Source: Dipteris shenzhenensis (taxonomy: Eukaryota). Taken from it: a DNA stretch of 64,000 nucleotides. The notes below the pieces were generated by a model. It saw only the letters and a program-made list of their open reading frames with translations, made no database searches and was not told the DNA's origin. The translations under genes and the position numbers were made by a program. Where the stretch lies: NCBI GenBank assembly GCA_047967505.1, contig CM106538.1. One strand, 5' to 3'. This document shows, in pieces, positions 1 to 14,649 of the stretch. How positions within the stretch are numbered: position 1 is the stretch's first letter; each line of letters opens with the position of its first letter.

Positions 1-1299
1 ATAAACAAGACCAAATCCAATCTGTGTTGAATGATGAGAATAATCTGAGCCCATTCCACCTGCTACTCAAGGTTAGGGCAACACCAAGAATCATCAATCA
101 ATTTCGGTAACCGATAACAAGGGTACATTGGTGTATGTGACTGATGATCCACGTCACTGCTTTCTAGCTACCACTAACATTGTTGATGGACTATTTGTTA
201 GAACATGAAGTCAAGCTGAGTGTGTTTTAGTGTGTTCTACTAGGAGTTCTAGTAGTCTTATGTGTGAGTGCCACGTGTCTTATTGGGAGCCATCCCACAT
301 ACATTTGTGCACTCTAGTGTGTGTCACTTGTCAAGTCATTCAATCTAATAGCCTACAAGTACTTTGGTCTACATGTGAGTACTTTCTTTTGGTTCATGCT
401 CTTTCATTATGTCTTTCATACTTTCTGGTTGTTTCCTTTGCTTCCATCCTCCATAGCTCTCTTCCCTTCCTACCCTACCTCCTCTCCTACTCCACTATGT
501 TCCTTTACTACTCTATGGGACTAATTCTAAAAAATGACAAGAGTTTGAATATAGAATGCCCAAATAAGATGCACTTTCAGTGGTAAGCCTGTGGAGGATT
601 CGATGGTTTGTGAAAGCATACAACACGTAAGGGTAGTACTGCAAGGTAATGATTTTTCCTAAATCTATGGCAAACTTATATGTTCCTACCTCAATTTGTT
701 TATCAAAGGGAGGCATGTAGTACCAACAAGTGTGACTACATGGACAACCCAAAAGAATCACCGAATACATCGGCTTTCTGCATGTGAATATTTTGTGACC
801 TCCAAAGCAGCTTTAAGGACATTAGCATGTAAAAGACAGAGAATGATTTATGCAGGTATAGGCTCTCAAAGATTTTAAAAAGGGAAAAGAATCGTTGAAT
901 GTGGAGGCAATAGACCTGGAGATAGAGCTTAATTGTGCTTTGAATAGAGGCCCAACACACTAGGCGGAGATGCTTCAAAATGCTAAGCACAATCCCGGTA
1001 AATAAAGTTCAGCCAATATAAGGGCAGTGGATATTATCATGAACTGTAAACACTCAACAATTTTGACCTGAGTGGGTTTGACTTCCAAGTGGTCCTGTGA
1101 GAGGATGCCCCATACTTGAATGTGAAGCAGTTCAAAGACAGTGACAATTAAAGAAATTTGAAGATATTATGTCAGGAATTGATAGCTTTAGAGACACATT
1201 ATGTGTAGAAAACATGGTGGGCAAATGGCGCCACTAAACATTTGAACGAGTGTTCAGTCGACTAAACACTTCAATGAATGTTCAGTTACTTATTTATAG

Positions 1300-3319
1300 T
1301 TTGCTTACAAGATTCCTCAACCTTCCATTGTTCTTTGCAGGAAGGTCAACTGTCTCTTTCCGTTGCTTTAATAATTTGAGGATTTTCCCATTTGAAAGAT
1401 GGATCCTCTCATTCCCCACAAAAAAAATGACAAAGTCTACTTACTCTGCAATATTGCTGGAGGGCGTCCAAGTCAGAGGCATTTGACTTTGATGTCTGAT
1501 CCAGCATCAATTTGAGCTGCTCATTCTGGAAACACACAGCCGCATTGTGGAAAATGATAATTAGCTTCAGCTGTGAGGAATTGGTGAAGAAAGCAAGCAA
1601 GCAATTTCACAAATAATTTGCTTTATGAGGAATAAAAACTATGTAAGGAAGAATTTAAAACTATGTAATTGCAACACCAATAAAATCAATCCTCGCTCTG
1701 TCTGAAGCTGCAAAGAGGAGGAAACAGTCTCTGCTTTGTAAATAAGTTTTTCCACAAGATGGGGCCTTTTAGAGGCATGTTCTCTTTAAAACAAGCAATA
1801 AGACTTCGTGTACTGTAAAAAGCATTGAGCAGCCCTTTACTTGTTCTTCCAAGGAGTGGAGTTTCTCATTTTGTTCCTCAAAGTCTAGCAGTAACACTTC
1901 GAGTTTTTGGTTCAAGGTTTCAAGGGAAATAGGCTGAGGAACTTCAAGTGCCTCCAAGGTTTTCTTAGTGACGTCTTCTAGTGCATCCAAACGAGGTGCA
2001 AAAGAGTGCACTGTAGTATCTAGATTCTGCAGTTCCGCTACACTATCTCCAAGTTGCTTCATGCCACTGCTGTTGGCATCCACCCTGTGTAGATGATGAT
2101 TACATTATGTTAACAGGAATCCATATAATTATGAGAGCTTGCAAAGTAACGAATGATGCAGACACGATACTTGTCGAGGGGTGCACTGATTTACATTCAC
2201 GCTTCACGCCACCATTACAAATGCACATATTATCGGCACTCATCTGTCTGGATTAGACAAAAGCAATTTACCCCTGCTGCAGATTTTGCAGACGCTCTTC
2301 AACCATCTTTGACCAGTTTTGCTGCTGTTCCAGTTCGATTTCTTTAGCCTCCTTCATCTCTTGAAAGGCATTCCTGCTGCAGTTTTCACATATTTCTGCC
2401 TGTCAGATGGCTTTTGCACACTTGAACGCTTTATTATACTAAAACTCCGTGCAGGCTTACCACAAATGATCCAGTTCGTCCTTAAAGACAAGGAAGGTTT
2501 TCCCTTGCTCCTCTGCCTTTTCCAGACGCTCAGCCTTCGATCCAAACGATTTAAATCAACAGGGAATCTTTTTGAGATAACAAGCAGAAGCGATCATCTT
2601 CGACAGAGTTCTAATAACTCACCAGTCAATGTTGTACCTCTAAAAGACAACCGGACAACAGCATGTTTTAAAGGCCAAAATATACGTAAAACTATCAATG
2701 ACAATAACAGGCATATGAAAGAGCATCTGCATCGCCTTTTGGTGGCCAAATAATCGACACTCCGAGAACACTTCACACACACTGTAAAGATATTAAAAGG
2801 CGTGCTTGGATCAGTCACATACATGATTGCAAAACCAGAATCGACCTACACGCATGTCACTAAGCGAAGCTCTTGCAATGTAGAATATGAAATGGAACAG
2901 AGACCATCCAATGCATGGGAAGTAACCTATGTAGTCACATCATCACTGCACGTTCCACGCACACAAATACGCTGGCATCGGATACGTTGAAAAACAGTTG
3001 TAAGTATCTCGATCGAGAAATACATAAATATAACCGCACTAGAGAGCCACGGTCTCCCTCGAGTCCTCCCCGTTCTACACACCCGCGAAAGAAAACGGAG
3101 AACTCGAAACAGCAAGGGATGGCGAACGAAACGAGCCTGGCCGGAGATCCGATCGCAGAGGCAGAGCAGGATGGAGTGGAGCTTATCCCAGTGCAAGGAA
3201 GCGACGACGGGCACGTGGTGGACAGAAAGCACGTCGCGGATGATCTGAAGGTCACCATTGCCTTGCTCCAAGGCTTCCAAAGGGGGAGGGGGAGGCGGAG
3301 TGGAGGGATCGACGTCCAT
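1300..3319 (-). CDS. Probable multi-exon gene for an unknown coiled-coil protein (exon set and 3' end uncertain, possibly frameshifted)
   Basis: ATG at 3319 (MDVDPSTPPPPPPLEALEQG...). Protein-like segments bounded by AG/GT: AERLEKAEEQGKTFLVFKDELDHLW (~2460-2533), ...EERLQNLQQG (~2272-2375, apparent 1-nt frame break), VDANSSGMKQL...LHSLEEQ (~1841-2084), NEQLKLMLDQ...QQYCR (~1445-1525). Confidence 0.5.
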
Positions 3320-4092
3320 GGAGGCTGGTGAGAAGGCTATGGCGATGGAGCTTGCGAATGGCAATAGAATAGAGCTGGGAGCTTACGAGGAGCATGGCCA
3401 ACCCAAATGAAAGGAGAGCAGAGGGGACGCGTTTAGCGGTCGGTAATCCGCTCGCTAATCCACCCCTAATACCCCTCAAGCGTTTCCCAACACCACCTCA
3501 GGCCACTCGCCCCCGTCTCCCCCCCCCCCCGTTTTAAAACTAAATAGAATTGGAGAATGGCCACCCGTGTGCTGGTCTGAACCACCACACGGCCATCAGA
3601 CTACTAATTTATCTCACTAACCGATGATTGGTGTAGATGAGATGGAATGAATCATCTAATCATGGGCCACACACAAATCTTGTGTATCAATGTCCGAGCC
3701 TCGTCCCTTAACTAAGACGGCAGCCCTTCACACCACCTTATGGAGGATGACTACAAGGTGGTGTGAACTGAGCCTAAGGTTGTTGGTCATACATCGAAGC
3801 GTCTGTAATCATGGTAGCATGGGATTATGTCAGAGAGACCCTAGTTGCGCTTCTCCGTAATATAGACACCCTAGTGAGCAAGTCACTCATGGAGGTAACT
3901 GCTTCCTTCCCCAACTAGGGGAGCTCTCTTCTTGCTTATAGCATAGTGGCCACTTTTTGTAAGGTCTTTTTTTCATGTTGACCACACTTTTTTTAATCTA
4001 AAATCCATTTTTTTGTTTTTTTGTTTTTAACAGCACGTAAGGCAGGATACACATCAATATCTTGAGTACTTACGCCCCTTGAGTACCAAGTT

Positions 4093-4480
4093 TAGATTAA
4101 GGGAAAGATGATCAAAGCTATAGCTAGCAAATGGCTCACAATGGACATCTCACTACTACAATTTACACTCTAAACAATGCAAGCTAGTGACATTCTTTTT
4201 TAAGAAGCACATAAACATTTTAATGTTTAAAAGAGCTTGTACTTAGTCAACAAGCTTGATTTGCTACAATAATATTTTCATTATGACATTTCAAGTTAGT
4301 TAAGACTTCCATATGTTTAGTATTGATGCCACTTGTGTAGCAAGTCTACATTAAGGGAAAATTGATCAAGTGCTAACTAGCAAATGGCTCATAATAGACA
4401 TCTCACAAGCATCTCATAACTACAGCTTGCACTCTAAAGAATGCAAGCTAGCAATGTTCTGTTTTAAGAGATGCATAAGC
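4093..4480. repeat. Two diverged direct copies of a ~130-bp unit, ~255 bp apart
   Basis: attaagggaaa...ctagcaaatggctca...ctctaaa...atgcaagctag at ~4095-4190 and ~4350-4450. Confidence 0.7.
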
Positions 4481-4611
4481 ATCGCTTTATCGTGTAATTT
4501 TTAAATAGAGGTTGGGAGGAGCATGGCCACCTCAAAAGAAAGGAAAGGCAGAGAGACACATTAGCGGTTGATAATTTACTTTATAATACTACCTAATTCA
4601 TTCATGAAATC

Positions 4612-5661
4612 CACCTATTTGAAGGCGCATCACCCATCAACTCTAAAGCGGTCAAGCTCCATGTGGATTTCCAAAGATTGACTTAGCTACTTGCTTAATT
4701 GGAAGGAAAACGATTTAACTTATAAAAATTATCTCCCAAAGTGATGACCTACGAGATCCGAAATACTCGTGGTCGCATTGAATGCATTTAGAGCAAATGC
4801 TAAAGTGTGGTGTGAAGTATAAGGTTAAGGCCTATCATTGTAAAATGGAGGATATTTCAAATGGTTAATGTTGAAGGATCAGACAAGAAGAGATGATTGT
4901 TATCATATAAAACCACTCAAGCATGAGCTTATAGATCACTTAGGTTAATCCAAAATACGTGCTTCACAATTTCATAGCTTGTTCCTTTCAATACATGCAA
5001 TGTAGGACATGCCTTGCCAATTACCCCAAGGACACAATTATCTCTATGATAGATTTTGCTAAGAATTACGCGTTTCAAGAACAAGATAAAATAGAAAGTG
5101 CACACTAGTACAACAAGCATATAACAATTGCAGTCTCACCTATTTGAAGCCGCATCACCCATCAACTCTAAAGAGATCAAACTCCCTGTGGATTCCCAAA
5201 GACTGACTTGGCTACTTGCTTAATTGGAAGGAAAATCAATTTAACTTATAAAAATTAGTTCCCAAAGCCATGACCTAAGGGATCTGAAATAGTCGTGGTC
5301 ACATTGAATGCATTTGGAGCGAATGCTCAAGTGTGGTGTGAAGGAGAAGATTAAGCCTGTCGTTATAAAATGGAGGATATTTGAAATGGTTTTTGCTGTT
5401 GAAGGATCAAACGAGAAGAGATGATCGTTATCATATAGAACCACTCATCCACGAACTTATAGGTCACTTAGGTCAATCCAAAATACGCGCTTCGTAGTTT
5501 CATAGCTTATTGCTTTAATACAAGCAATTTAGGATGTGCCTTGCCAATTTCCCCAAGGACACAATTATCTCTATGATAGATTTTGCTAAGAATTACGTGT
5601 TTCAAGAACAAGATAAAATAAAAAGTGCACACTAGTACAACAAGCATATAACAATTGCAGT
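4612..5661. repeat. Tandem duplication, ~525-bp unit x2
   Basis: Both units start cacctatttgaag (4612, 5137) and end ataacaattgcagt (5134, 5661). Confidence 0.92.
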
Positions 5662-5870
5662 GCATATAACCTACAGCCATCTACTTGATTCTATGGTCAC
5701 TGAAACATGTCTACCCTACTGACTCCAAGGAATTCAAGAAAGCACACCACGCATACTAATTCTACATGTCACCAAATATGGAACATGACATTTTTTTGTC
5801 TACCATGATTTCCTATTACACTAGGATTGGTTAATCAAACATGACCCCCAAGTATTGGAAACAATAAAAT
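5662..5870 (+). mobile_element. Possible Ty3/gypsy aspartyl-protease remnant
   Basis: HLLDSMVT (~5678, cf. LLDSGAT) and DWLIKHDPQ (~5825, cf. LGMDWL..HNP); heavily decayed. Confidence 0.35.
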
Positions 5871-7599
5871 AACATTGGATGTGGTAATTTAAATCAACCC
5901 GCGGATGTAATCCATGACTAGTCTAAAATGTTGTTTTTTTGTTATAACCATGGAAATGGGGACATGATCGATGTGGTGATGTAATTAAGCATGAATGTGA
6001 CACCATTGATGGAGCAAGAAGTTCGCACCGCATATGATGCTTTTCAAACAGGTCAACTTTCTCTCAAACTATAATAAGTTATATGCATCATGGGAGATTA
6101 TGACAAGTGTGAGGACATTGCAATTGTGAAACAATGGGAGCTGTGTCACATTTTTCCAATATATGGAGATTGCATGACAGAGACAAACAATGAAGCACAG
6201 CGTGGGGGGGACTTTGATGACCTCACTGATGCACTAGAAGAGGCAGATAGATTTGAAATCCTTGTTGTGTTTGAGGAGAATGAGGAAAAATCTAACCCAT
6301 AGTTTGTGTTACAATGGAGCAAAAACGTAAGATACCCACACTTTTTGGGTAGTGTGCTCACTCCACTCTTGTGCTCATGTGTACTCTCATTCTTAGTGTC
6401 CATGCTCCCTCAACACTACTAAAGTGTGATAGAATTCTCTAACAATGCAATATCACATCTTCTACTCTCCCTTACACTCTCCCACTCTCTCCCTATCTTC
6501 TTTCACTCCATCTACTCTCCCATCTCTCACTCTACCTCCCTTCACTTCATTTCTAAGATCCATCTCCAAACTGCATTATACTTTCACATCCCTTTTCTCT
6601 ATCAACCTCTCAATCAAGATCTACTCTTGTAACCCTCAAAATCGTATATTAGACTAATCCCCAACTCCCTCAACCCTATCTCTCTCTCCTGAACCCTACA
6701 ATGTCTCTTGAATCCTCCAAAATTTTCTGAGCCTTAAACCTTGAATGGAGGTGGAAAATTTGATCAATTTCAATGAACAGCATTACATCTTCTCTTGAGC
6801 TTATGTAGGAACTCCTCAAGATGCTTTAGTCTACAACTCTCAATAATAGAATATGACCCAAGGCCCTATGATACATTTATGAACACATTAGCTACAATGA
6901 GAAACGTCACACTTGTAGGTGAGTAAAACCTCAAAGTACATATGAATGAGAAGCGGTGACAACATTTTGGTGCCACTATAGGGAATGGGTGACGAAGAAA
7001 CCATCAGGAAAATTCTTTGAAAAAATCTCTCAAGGGCTGAGTAAGAAAATGATTCCAATGCAGCAAAAAGAAAGCGCGTATTGCTTCTGGTGAGAAGCTT
7101 CAAAGTTTTACCTCTTTTCTATGCGGTTTGAGTATGAATTTCAATATGAAGTTGCAAGGAATTTTTGAGATATCATCATCTAAAAACTTTGATATTGCAT
7201 AAAAAGGGGCATGCAGTACACATTTAAGCCATCAAAAGCCCTTAAAGTGCAAGCTATTTGAAAATTTTCATGCTTTCATGCATGGAAAAGATAAAACAAG
7301 AACTATTCAAGAGGTTATGGTTGAGAAAAACATGAAATCCTAGCATGAGCATGCAGGGTTTTCTCAATTAAATCATTCCAAACCTCATGAATCCATGCAT
7401 GTAAGGGTTTTTCCATGCATGAGGATTTTCATGCATTAATCCTTACAGGTGCTATCAACAACCTTGCTAGAGTCATTTATAGCTTAGAAACTTTGAGAAA
7501 TATTAATTCAACTATCTGTGAGGTGCTACAATGAAAGGATGTTGGCTATCCTACAACTTACCTCTCAAGGTCTTAGCTCATTGCCACGAGTATCTTAGA

Positions 7600-8700
7600 A
7601 GCGAGCTCCAACAACTATATGGAAAGGTATCAACTAACAGATACCTCAATGTATGGGAATATAGAAAATGCATGTAGGCCAAGCCTTGCAAAAATGTTCA
7701 TGCCTTTCACTGTTGTCTTTTTAGAGTCCTTCCCACCCTTCTTCTAGATGGCATACAGGTGGCCACAATTTGAGTCCACTAACCCCCCCATAGCCAGGTT
7801 ACGATGGGCTAGTGGATGTACCAAGCTTTGATGCTGGAAGTAGTCTCCGAAACGGTGTCGTCTGTTGAGGCCTCTAGACACCGTGACTCAAAGGGGCGGT
7901 CTCAAGGATGTCATCAATGCGATGGCCTGGCAAAGTCATCTTCATGGAGAACATGCCTCCCCTTTGTCAGCCAAGCCACCATTCTCTAGGTAAAAACGTA
8001 ACGAAGCACCCTAGCCAGAATCCTAAAAGAGCCCAACCAAATCCTTGAGCAATGTCCTAATCGCCTAACAAATGCCATTGACAAGTCTCATCTATCCACA
8101 TTTGCACTAGCCATAGACCAATGTGTAGATCCTCATGAGACAATAGCCATATAAATAGGAAATATTTCCTAGGCGAAGGGAGCCAAGACCAGAATTTGGT
8201 CATCACCTCAGTCGAGATCTACCTCTCCTCCAATAGCATTCTTTGGATGATCTCCAAGCTAAGGCCTCCAACTATACTCATCTTTCGATCCGAGTGGTGT
8301 ATGAAAATACCTCCAATTATGCCAGTATGTCTGAGCTCCCTCCTTAGATGGCCAAAACTGCTCCCCTACGGTCCCACTAAATCTCTCACTGGGGGCAACC
8401 CTTCTAGAGCCACAGGTGCCCGTCTCTACAAGGTCAAGGGTCGATGTTCCCCCATCTCCCAGCCACTTTAATGTTCCACCATTAAAAAGAGGCCAAGGCA
8501 CCATCATCTTAAGGATCACGGTCTCTTAGATCTCACTGTTTCAGTAACACACTTCCTTGGACTATACTCCAAAAAATTGATTAGTCATGGAGGTGGGGTA
8601 CAACTACTTCGGACATCATTAGGCTCCTAGAGAGAGGGTGGGTCCACTATCCCATTGTGCCCAATTGGCGACGTCCCAATATTTGCCCCTCTTCTAGATT
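7600..8700 (-). mobile_element. Decayed LINE 3' fragment (zf-RVT-like region)
   Basis: Minus strand ~8050-8200 reads FWSWLP...KYFLFIWLLSHEDL...ETCQW, resembling the LINE W..KI.IFLWL...C motif; boundaries approximate. Confidence 0.45.
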
Positions 8701-9373
8701 AAGCTTAGGTTGGCACTCAAACTACTCCTTGCAATATGGATTCGTTTGGATGAACAATGGGCTGTCAAGTATGGTATCTTGAATCAGCTTGTCTTGAACA
8801 ACATGATGCCAAATATCATATCTCCGAATGTTTAATGTATTTTCAAGCATGGTGATGCACCTACATCATTCTTAGGGTGAGCATTTTGCTTGGTGGCAAT
8901 TGCTATTTCTTCATAACTCTCATCCCAACCCCCTTTCTTTCCTTGTTACAGGTTTTCGCTCAATAGCTCCCAAACTGTTCTTCATTTTTATCTATTTCAT
9001 CCTTAGAGCAAACCCTTTACTAGTAAACTTCGTCCTCGCGCAACTCTTTGGACCCCATCTCAACATTGACATCACTAATATGCCAACAAAGTCATCTATG
9101 CTCCTACCTCAAGGAGACAAGTTAGCGGCCCCAATACAATGCAAAAGTTCTTTGTACTTAATAACAAGAAGGCATGGATATGCATCACTTGGAGTGACAT
9201 GGTAAGTCCATGAGGAAGAGAGGGACTGGTGGGTGGTGTTGGCGAGGTTTTTTTTCTTTTTTTTGGGGGGGGGGGGGGGAGGGAGGAGGATAGCATTCCC
9301 ATTTCCCATTTGAGGATAGAGTGCACAAGGGGTAAAGGGGTTGGTGTAAACATGTGCACCAACAAGCAAATGA

Positions 9374-9853
9374 AAGTGGATGTTAATGAACATTTTACAT
9401 AGAAGAGAACACACAAGGGCATAACTTTCATAATGTTGTTATACTCATTATGTACTAACATGATCCTAGAACACATACTTACAATAGCAAATATGCAAGA
9501 GGCATAGTTATGGCACCATCATGAAAAAGAGGGAGATGTAATTGATCCATTTACAAGGTCAAGGAGAGCCATAAACAATGAAATCACAAAGGTCATTTAG
9601 CCATAAACAAAACGAAGTGGATGTTGATGAGCATTTTACATAGAAGAGAACACCCGAGGGCATAATTTTCATTGCAAACGGACTTCTTATTTGTAATTTT
9701 GTTGTCCTTATTATGTACTAACGAGATCATAGAGCACAATACTTACAATAGCAAATACGCAAGAGGCACAGTTATATGCAAAAGAGGGAGATGTAAATGA
9801 TCCATTCACAAGGTCGATGAGAGCCATAAACAATGAGATCACAAAGGTCATTT
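9374..9853. repeat. Tandem duplication, ~240-bp unit x2
   Basis: aagtggatgtt...tcacaaaggtcattt at ~9374-9598 and ~9616-9853. Confidence 0.85.
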
Positions 9854-11117
9854 GGCTTTTGACAAAGAGTCGTGTATCCCCAAGTCCAATTGTCGCATTG
9901 AACATGTGAATTGGACAAACAAAAAACAAATACAAAATGAGAGCTCTAGTGATGATGTAGTTAATCAGCAGCAAGGTGTTCTAGTGCAATCATGTCCAAA
10001 ATTATCCTAATCGATGCTCAATTCAAAAGATGATTTCCAAGCAAAGAAATGTAAAACTAATACACCCACAACTAAAACCTCCAGTTCTCTAGGTGTTTTT
10101 ACATTCATGATAATCACAACGTGACAGGTGCAAAGTGAACAGAATAATAGCAAGGTATGTAAGTGGATTAGCACCCTGCAGCATGCAATTATACATAGAG
10201 ATTTGGATGTGGTATCACATTAGCGAAGCTTATGTGCATATATGCATGGGAGGTGAGTGTATAATCAACAGTACACTAGTTAAAATTTCAAGAAACATGT
10301 ACTGCAAAAACAACTTGCAACACACAATTATTGGGCAGCAGGGCATGGGTGTTTTTTTTGTCAGATTGTTTGTTGGCATGGGCGGGGCGGCAGGCATGGG
10401 CCCAAAACATTCAGGACACTTTTTTACATGTAGCCATGCAAAGAGACTTTTGAAAGAAAGAATTTTCATGGCAAAAGTTTGTGGGAGCATACATAAGGAA
10501 AAAAGAAGAAACAAGCTAGTTGAAAGCAAACTACAGCAGCATGAATCAGCAGGCAAGCAATTAAGAGAGAAAATTGTGGTTATAAAAAAGGAAGCAGTCC
10601 CTCCTGCAAGAAAGTTATCAAACTTGGAACAAAACCAGAATTATAACTGTTGACATGTAATTTCTGGGAATATCAATATCATAAGACCAATATTAAACAT
10701 TGATTATAACTGGAAAGTGAGAATAACAAAGATAGAAGGGGATAAGACACTGAGAATACCAATGGCTCAACAGTAAATTGCAACAATTGACTAAAAAAGA
10801 AAATTGAGCCTCTTTGATCCATCCTGAAGTTACAAATGGAAAGGCTCCGAACTGCAGCCTACCTGAGCATCAAAGCCTCAATTCTATTTTGACAATCCTC
10901 ATAAACCAAGCAAGGATCCAAAGCATTACAATAGATAAGCTACTGAACCCGCTGCAAAACTTCACAGTGGAATTTCAGGAATTTCTGATCCACCATTAAA
11001 GATTAGTGGTCCCCTAGGTAATTAGCTTATACTTGAGTAGTCATCAAGTATATTGACAGAGATCTTTTGCGGTCGATTCAGATTGTTCCCATGACCAGTC
11101 AAAAAAGAAAAATTTGC

Positions 11118-13087
11118 CTAGAACCCAAAGAAACCAAGTTCACTAGCCCTCTCCTTCTCAAAAGTTTCAAAATACTGGTAGATGATTGTGACAGCAAGAA
11201 GTATCCCCGTTCCAGACCCAATAGCTCCCATAAAGTCAGCAACCACAGTCAAAGCACCGATGCACATGCCACCAAATGCAGCCGCAGTGGGTATGTAGCG
11301 ATTTAGCTCTTTCTGCAAGTTAGATTCCCGATGACCAGGCATTACCATTTGTTGCTCCTGAAACAAGGAGAAAACCAGTCATCAGAGAAGAAAACTAGTC
11401 CTTAATCTGTAAACTTGCAAGGGCTGAACATGCTAAGTATCTTGTTTTCCAAGGTAGCCCCAAGTGTACCTTTAGTTGCTTGGCAACATCTCGAGCTGAG
11501 GAGCCAGAGACTTCAATCCACGTCTTTGAGAAAAGAGCACAAGCTGTGAGCATGAAGATCAGATAGAAAAGTGCATGGAAGGGATTCGCTGCAATATCAG
11601 CCAAGCTGCACATAACACAGGTCGCATGCAATGTCAGATACAATATTTCTGTCACCTAATAGTCGTCATTGTGAACAATGTATAGCTGAAAACAATAGAT
11701 TAAGCATAGTTTATCAACCTTGCAGGAGGAGTAATGTAATACACGAGACCTCCAACAGGAATGAGTTGACCACTTGAGGAATACTCGGATTCCTTCCACT
11801 TTCCTAATAAATTGACAATGAAGTTTGTGCTGTACCTCCTGTGAAGAAGCTGTAGCATGAAAAAAATTTAGACATGCGTAAGTTGAATGTAACCAAGTTG
11901 AGCACACGTACTGACTTCCAGCAGCCTTCTGGCAGCTAACAAACACCTACCTAGATTTAGAACATCTTACCTGTGAGATGAAGTATAGATTCGACACAAG
12001 GGCTGACTGAAGGATAATTGGCATATTAGAAGTGTAGAATAGTTTGATTGGGTACGAGCCCTGCTGCCCACGAGCGTTTTTCGAGCGCACTGGCAAAACA
12101 ACTCGGAACCCCTGGAAGTAGATGACAATAAGAAAAACGAGCACTGTTGCTAGCAAATTTGTCACATTTGGAAGATTTTGCCGATAGAATGCTTCCCTCA
12201 GAGCTGCAACTTTATTTGCTCGGGTGATCAATAGGTGAAACAGAGCAATCACAGCCCCCTCAAACTCAGCACCACGACCACTATTGATAGTAGTTGGACT
12301 GAAAGCCTTCCAGATAATGTTCTCACTGCACAAATAATAACAAGGGCAAGTGAGAATCGCTCAAATGTGACGGAAACCAAAGAAGAACTGAAATTGAGGA
12401 TGAAAGTTATACCAGATGTTGGTTGCAATAAACAGAGAGATGCCAGAACCCAGGCCGTATCCCTTCTGCAGAAGCTCGTCTAAACAGATCACAATGATCC
12501 CGGCAAAAAATAGCTGGACAATGATGAGTATCGCATTTCCAGCACCAAGATCTCTCACATCACCGTACATGCCGGAAAGCACGTACGCCACAGCCTCACC
12601 TATCGTTATCATAACACCCAGAAGCTTTTGCGCACCATTTCTGTATGACGTTCATATTTTAGTTAGCTTAAAGCCGTTTCAGAGCAATGAATCCATAAGC
12701 AAACGAGAATATACGTCTGGACATTGAAGGCTCAAAGACTCACAAGAGGGCTCGATCCTCCCTGATGCTGTTGTCCACCTCGATGATCTTGGATCCGGCC
12801 AGAAGCTGCATCACCAGCCCCGACGTCACGATGGGGGTGATCCCCAGCTCCATGACAGTTCCTCTATTGGAGGCAAGGATAACACGCATCCAGTAGAAGG
12901 GGTCGGAACCGGTCGCAGAGTGGATCCCATAGAGCGGAAGCTGGCTGCAAACAAGAAAGATGAAAAGCGAAACCACGGTGTAGAGGACTTTTTCGCGAAA
13001 TGGCACCTTCCGCTCAGCGGTCTGCACCTCAGGGAGCACAGAAAGGAACGGACGAACAAGGTGCAGGACTCTAAAGCCTCCTCCCAT
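11118..13087 (-). CDS. SEC61A: Protein transport protein Sec61 subunit alpha, 6 coding exons, 477 aa
   Basis: Exons 13087-12744, 12640-12413, 12325-11971, 11849-11719, 11605-11470, 11357-11118; all GT-AG with consistent phases, 1434 nt total. Motifs [69 protein letters not shown]. Confidence 0.97.
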
Positions 13088-14649
13088 GATGATGCTCAAG
13101 CCGAAACAGAGCCGGAAACGATCTGTGCACAAACCCTAAAACCTGTGCTGCCGCTTCGATTGACGATCTCGAGCGCCGGCTCTTGAAAAGCCTGCCAGAA
13201 CCCTAATTCCTGCTGCCCTGATCCTTGACGTGGTTGGGCAGAGCAAAGAAGCAGGTCGATCTGGGAACAAAATGTGTTACTAAAGAGGAATTGGAAGGCG
13301 TCTTCTCTGCTGTCCCTTTCACCCACACACACAAACAAGATGTGCAAGCCTCTCGCTCTGTCTGCAAACAGATTCACAGCGAAATTCTCGCAAGTACGCA
13401 CAGATTAACAGAGATGCTTGCAGAATGCTGGCGCTACTCTCTTAGACACTGAAAAACGGAAGTGCACAAACAAGATTTAAGCCTGCACCTTGTAGAATAG
13501 GGGCAACCGACGATCTAGAGCGCGTGCAGCAAGGCGGTGGGGAAATCTTTAGTCTTGTGAAGGGAATGAAGAAGAGGCCGACGAGTCGAGTGGATGATGC
13601 CGGCTGCTCTCTCTAAATAAGAGTTTAGCATAACATGCAAACGTTTTGCCTTTCTCTAAAGAAGTTATTGGGCTTTCTCTAAGACCCCTTGGCTATCTAA
13701 GTACTTGCCAAGAGGACGAATAATCTTTGATGGTTTTTTGTAATTACTTTTTCCTAATAAAAATTTCTACTTTTTGCTTTCAACAATGTCTAAGTCCTTG
13801 CCTTAAGGTGTACTAGGTCAAGGCTACACTGGAAATGTTCAAAGAGACTTCCTCAAGAGCCAAGATAACCTTCAAAACATTATCAATCACTCCACCTTAG
13901 CCAAGGTCCATCCCCTACATATATTTATTTATTTATTTATTAGCTCCTTGCACTTTTTTCCCTTTAAACACAGATGTGCAAAGCGCAGGAGCCCCTTACA
14001 ATTTTGAAAAAACGTGTCTCTCTACTTATTTTCATCCAATACCTATACTCCTTTCTATTTTGAGTCTCTCTCTTTCTCTCGCTCTCCCTCTTTCCTCACC
14101 CATCAACTTGTCCCTCGATCCCCCCCCTCTCTCTCTCCCTCTCTTCCCAAATCAACTCGTCCCTCTAAGGGAAGTGCTAACGAGTACATTTATTATTTAT
14201 ATTCTCCTCTCTCTCTCTCTCTCTCTCTCAAATTACCTATCTCACATATCCCCAAAGAATGTGTAGAGCATTCATGGAACCTTATTAAAATAACATATCT
14301 ACTACACATTGTGCATTGATGTATGAGTCTTTGTTCATTCAAAGGTGCTCAATTCATGTCACCTAAACATGGCAAATTCACAAGCTAATTCACAATTGGG
14401 CATCGTATCATGCTCACACTTATGCATAGCTTCAATGTTCTCTCTCTCTCTCTCTCTCTCAAGTGTGATGGTAATTTTGCTCTAAATTCCTATAAAAGAT
14501 GCTATGGGATACAATATTAGATAACTCACATAACAAACTTTGAAATTATGCTAGGGGACAAGAATCTCTAAAAAAAGATATTATGAGTTGGTTGAATGAA
14601 AACTAAGTGTCCTACAAGCCATTTAGATACCGTCCACTAGATTCCACGA

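Noticed and set aside
10135-10653. 172-aa ORF downstream of Sec61
   Set aside because: GTG start and no recognisable motifs; probably chance.
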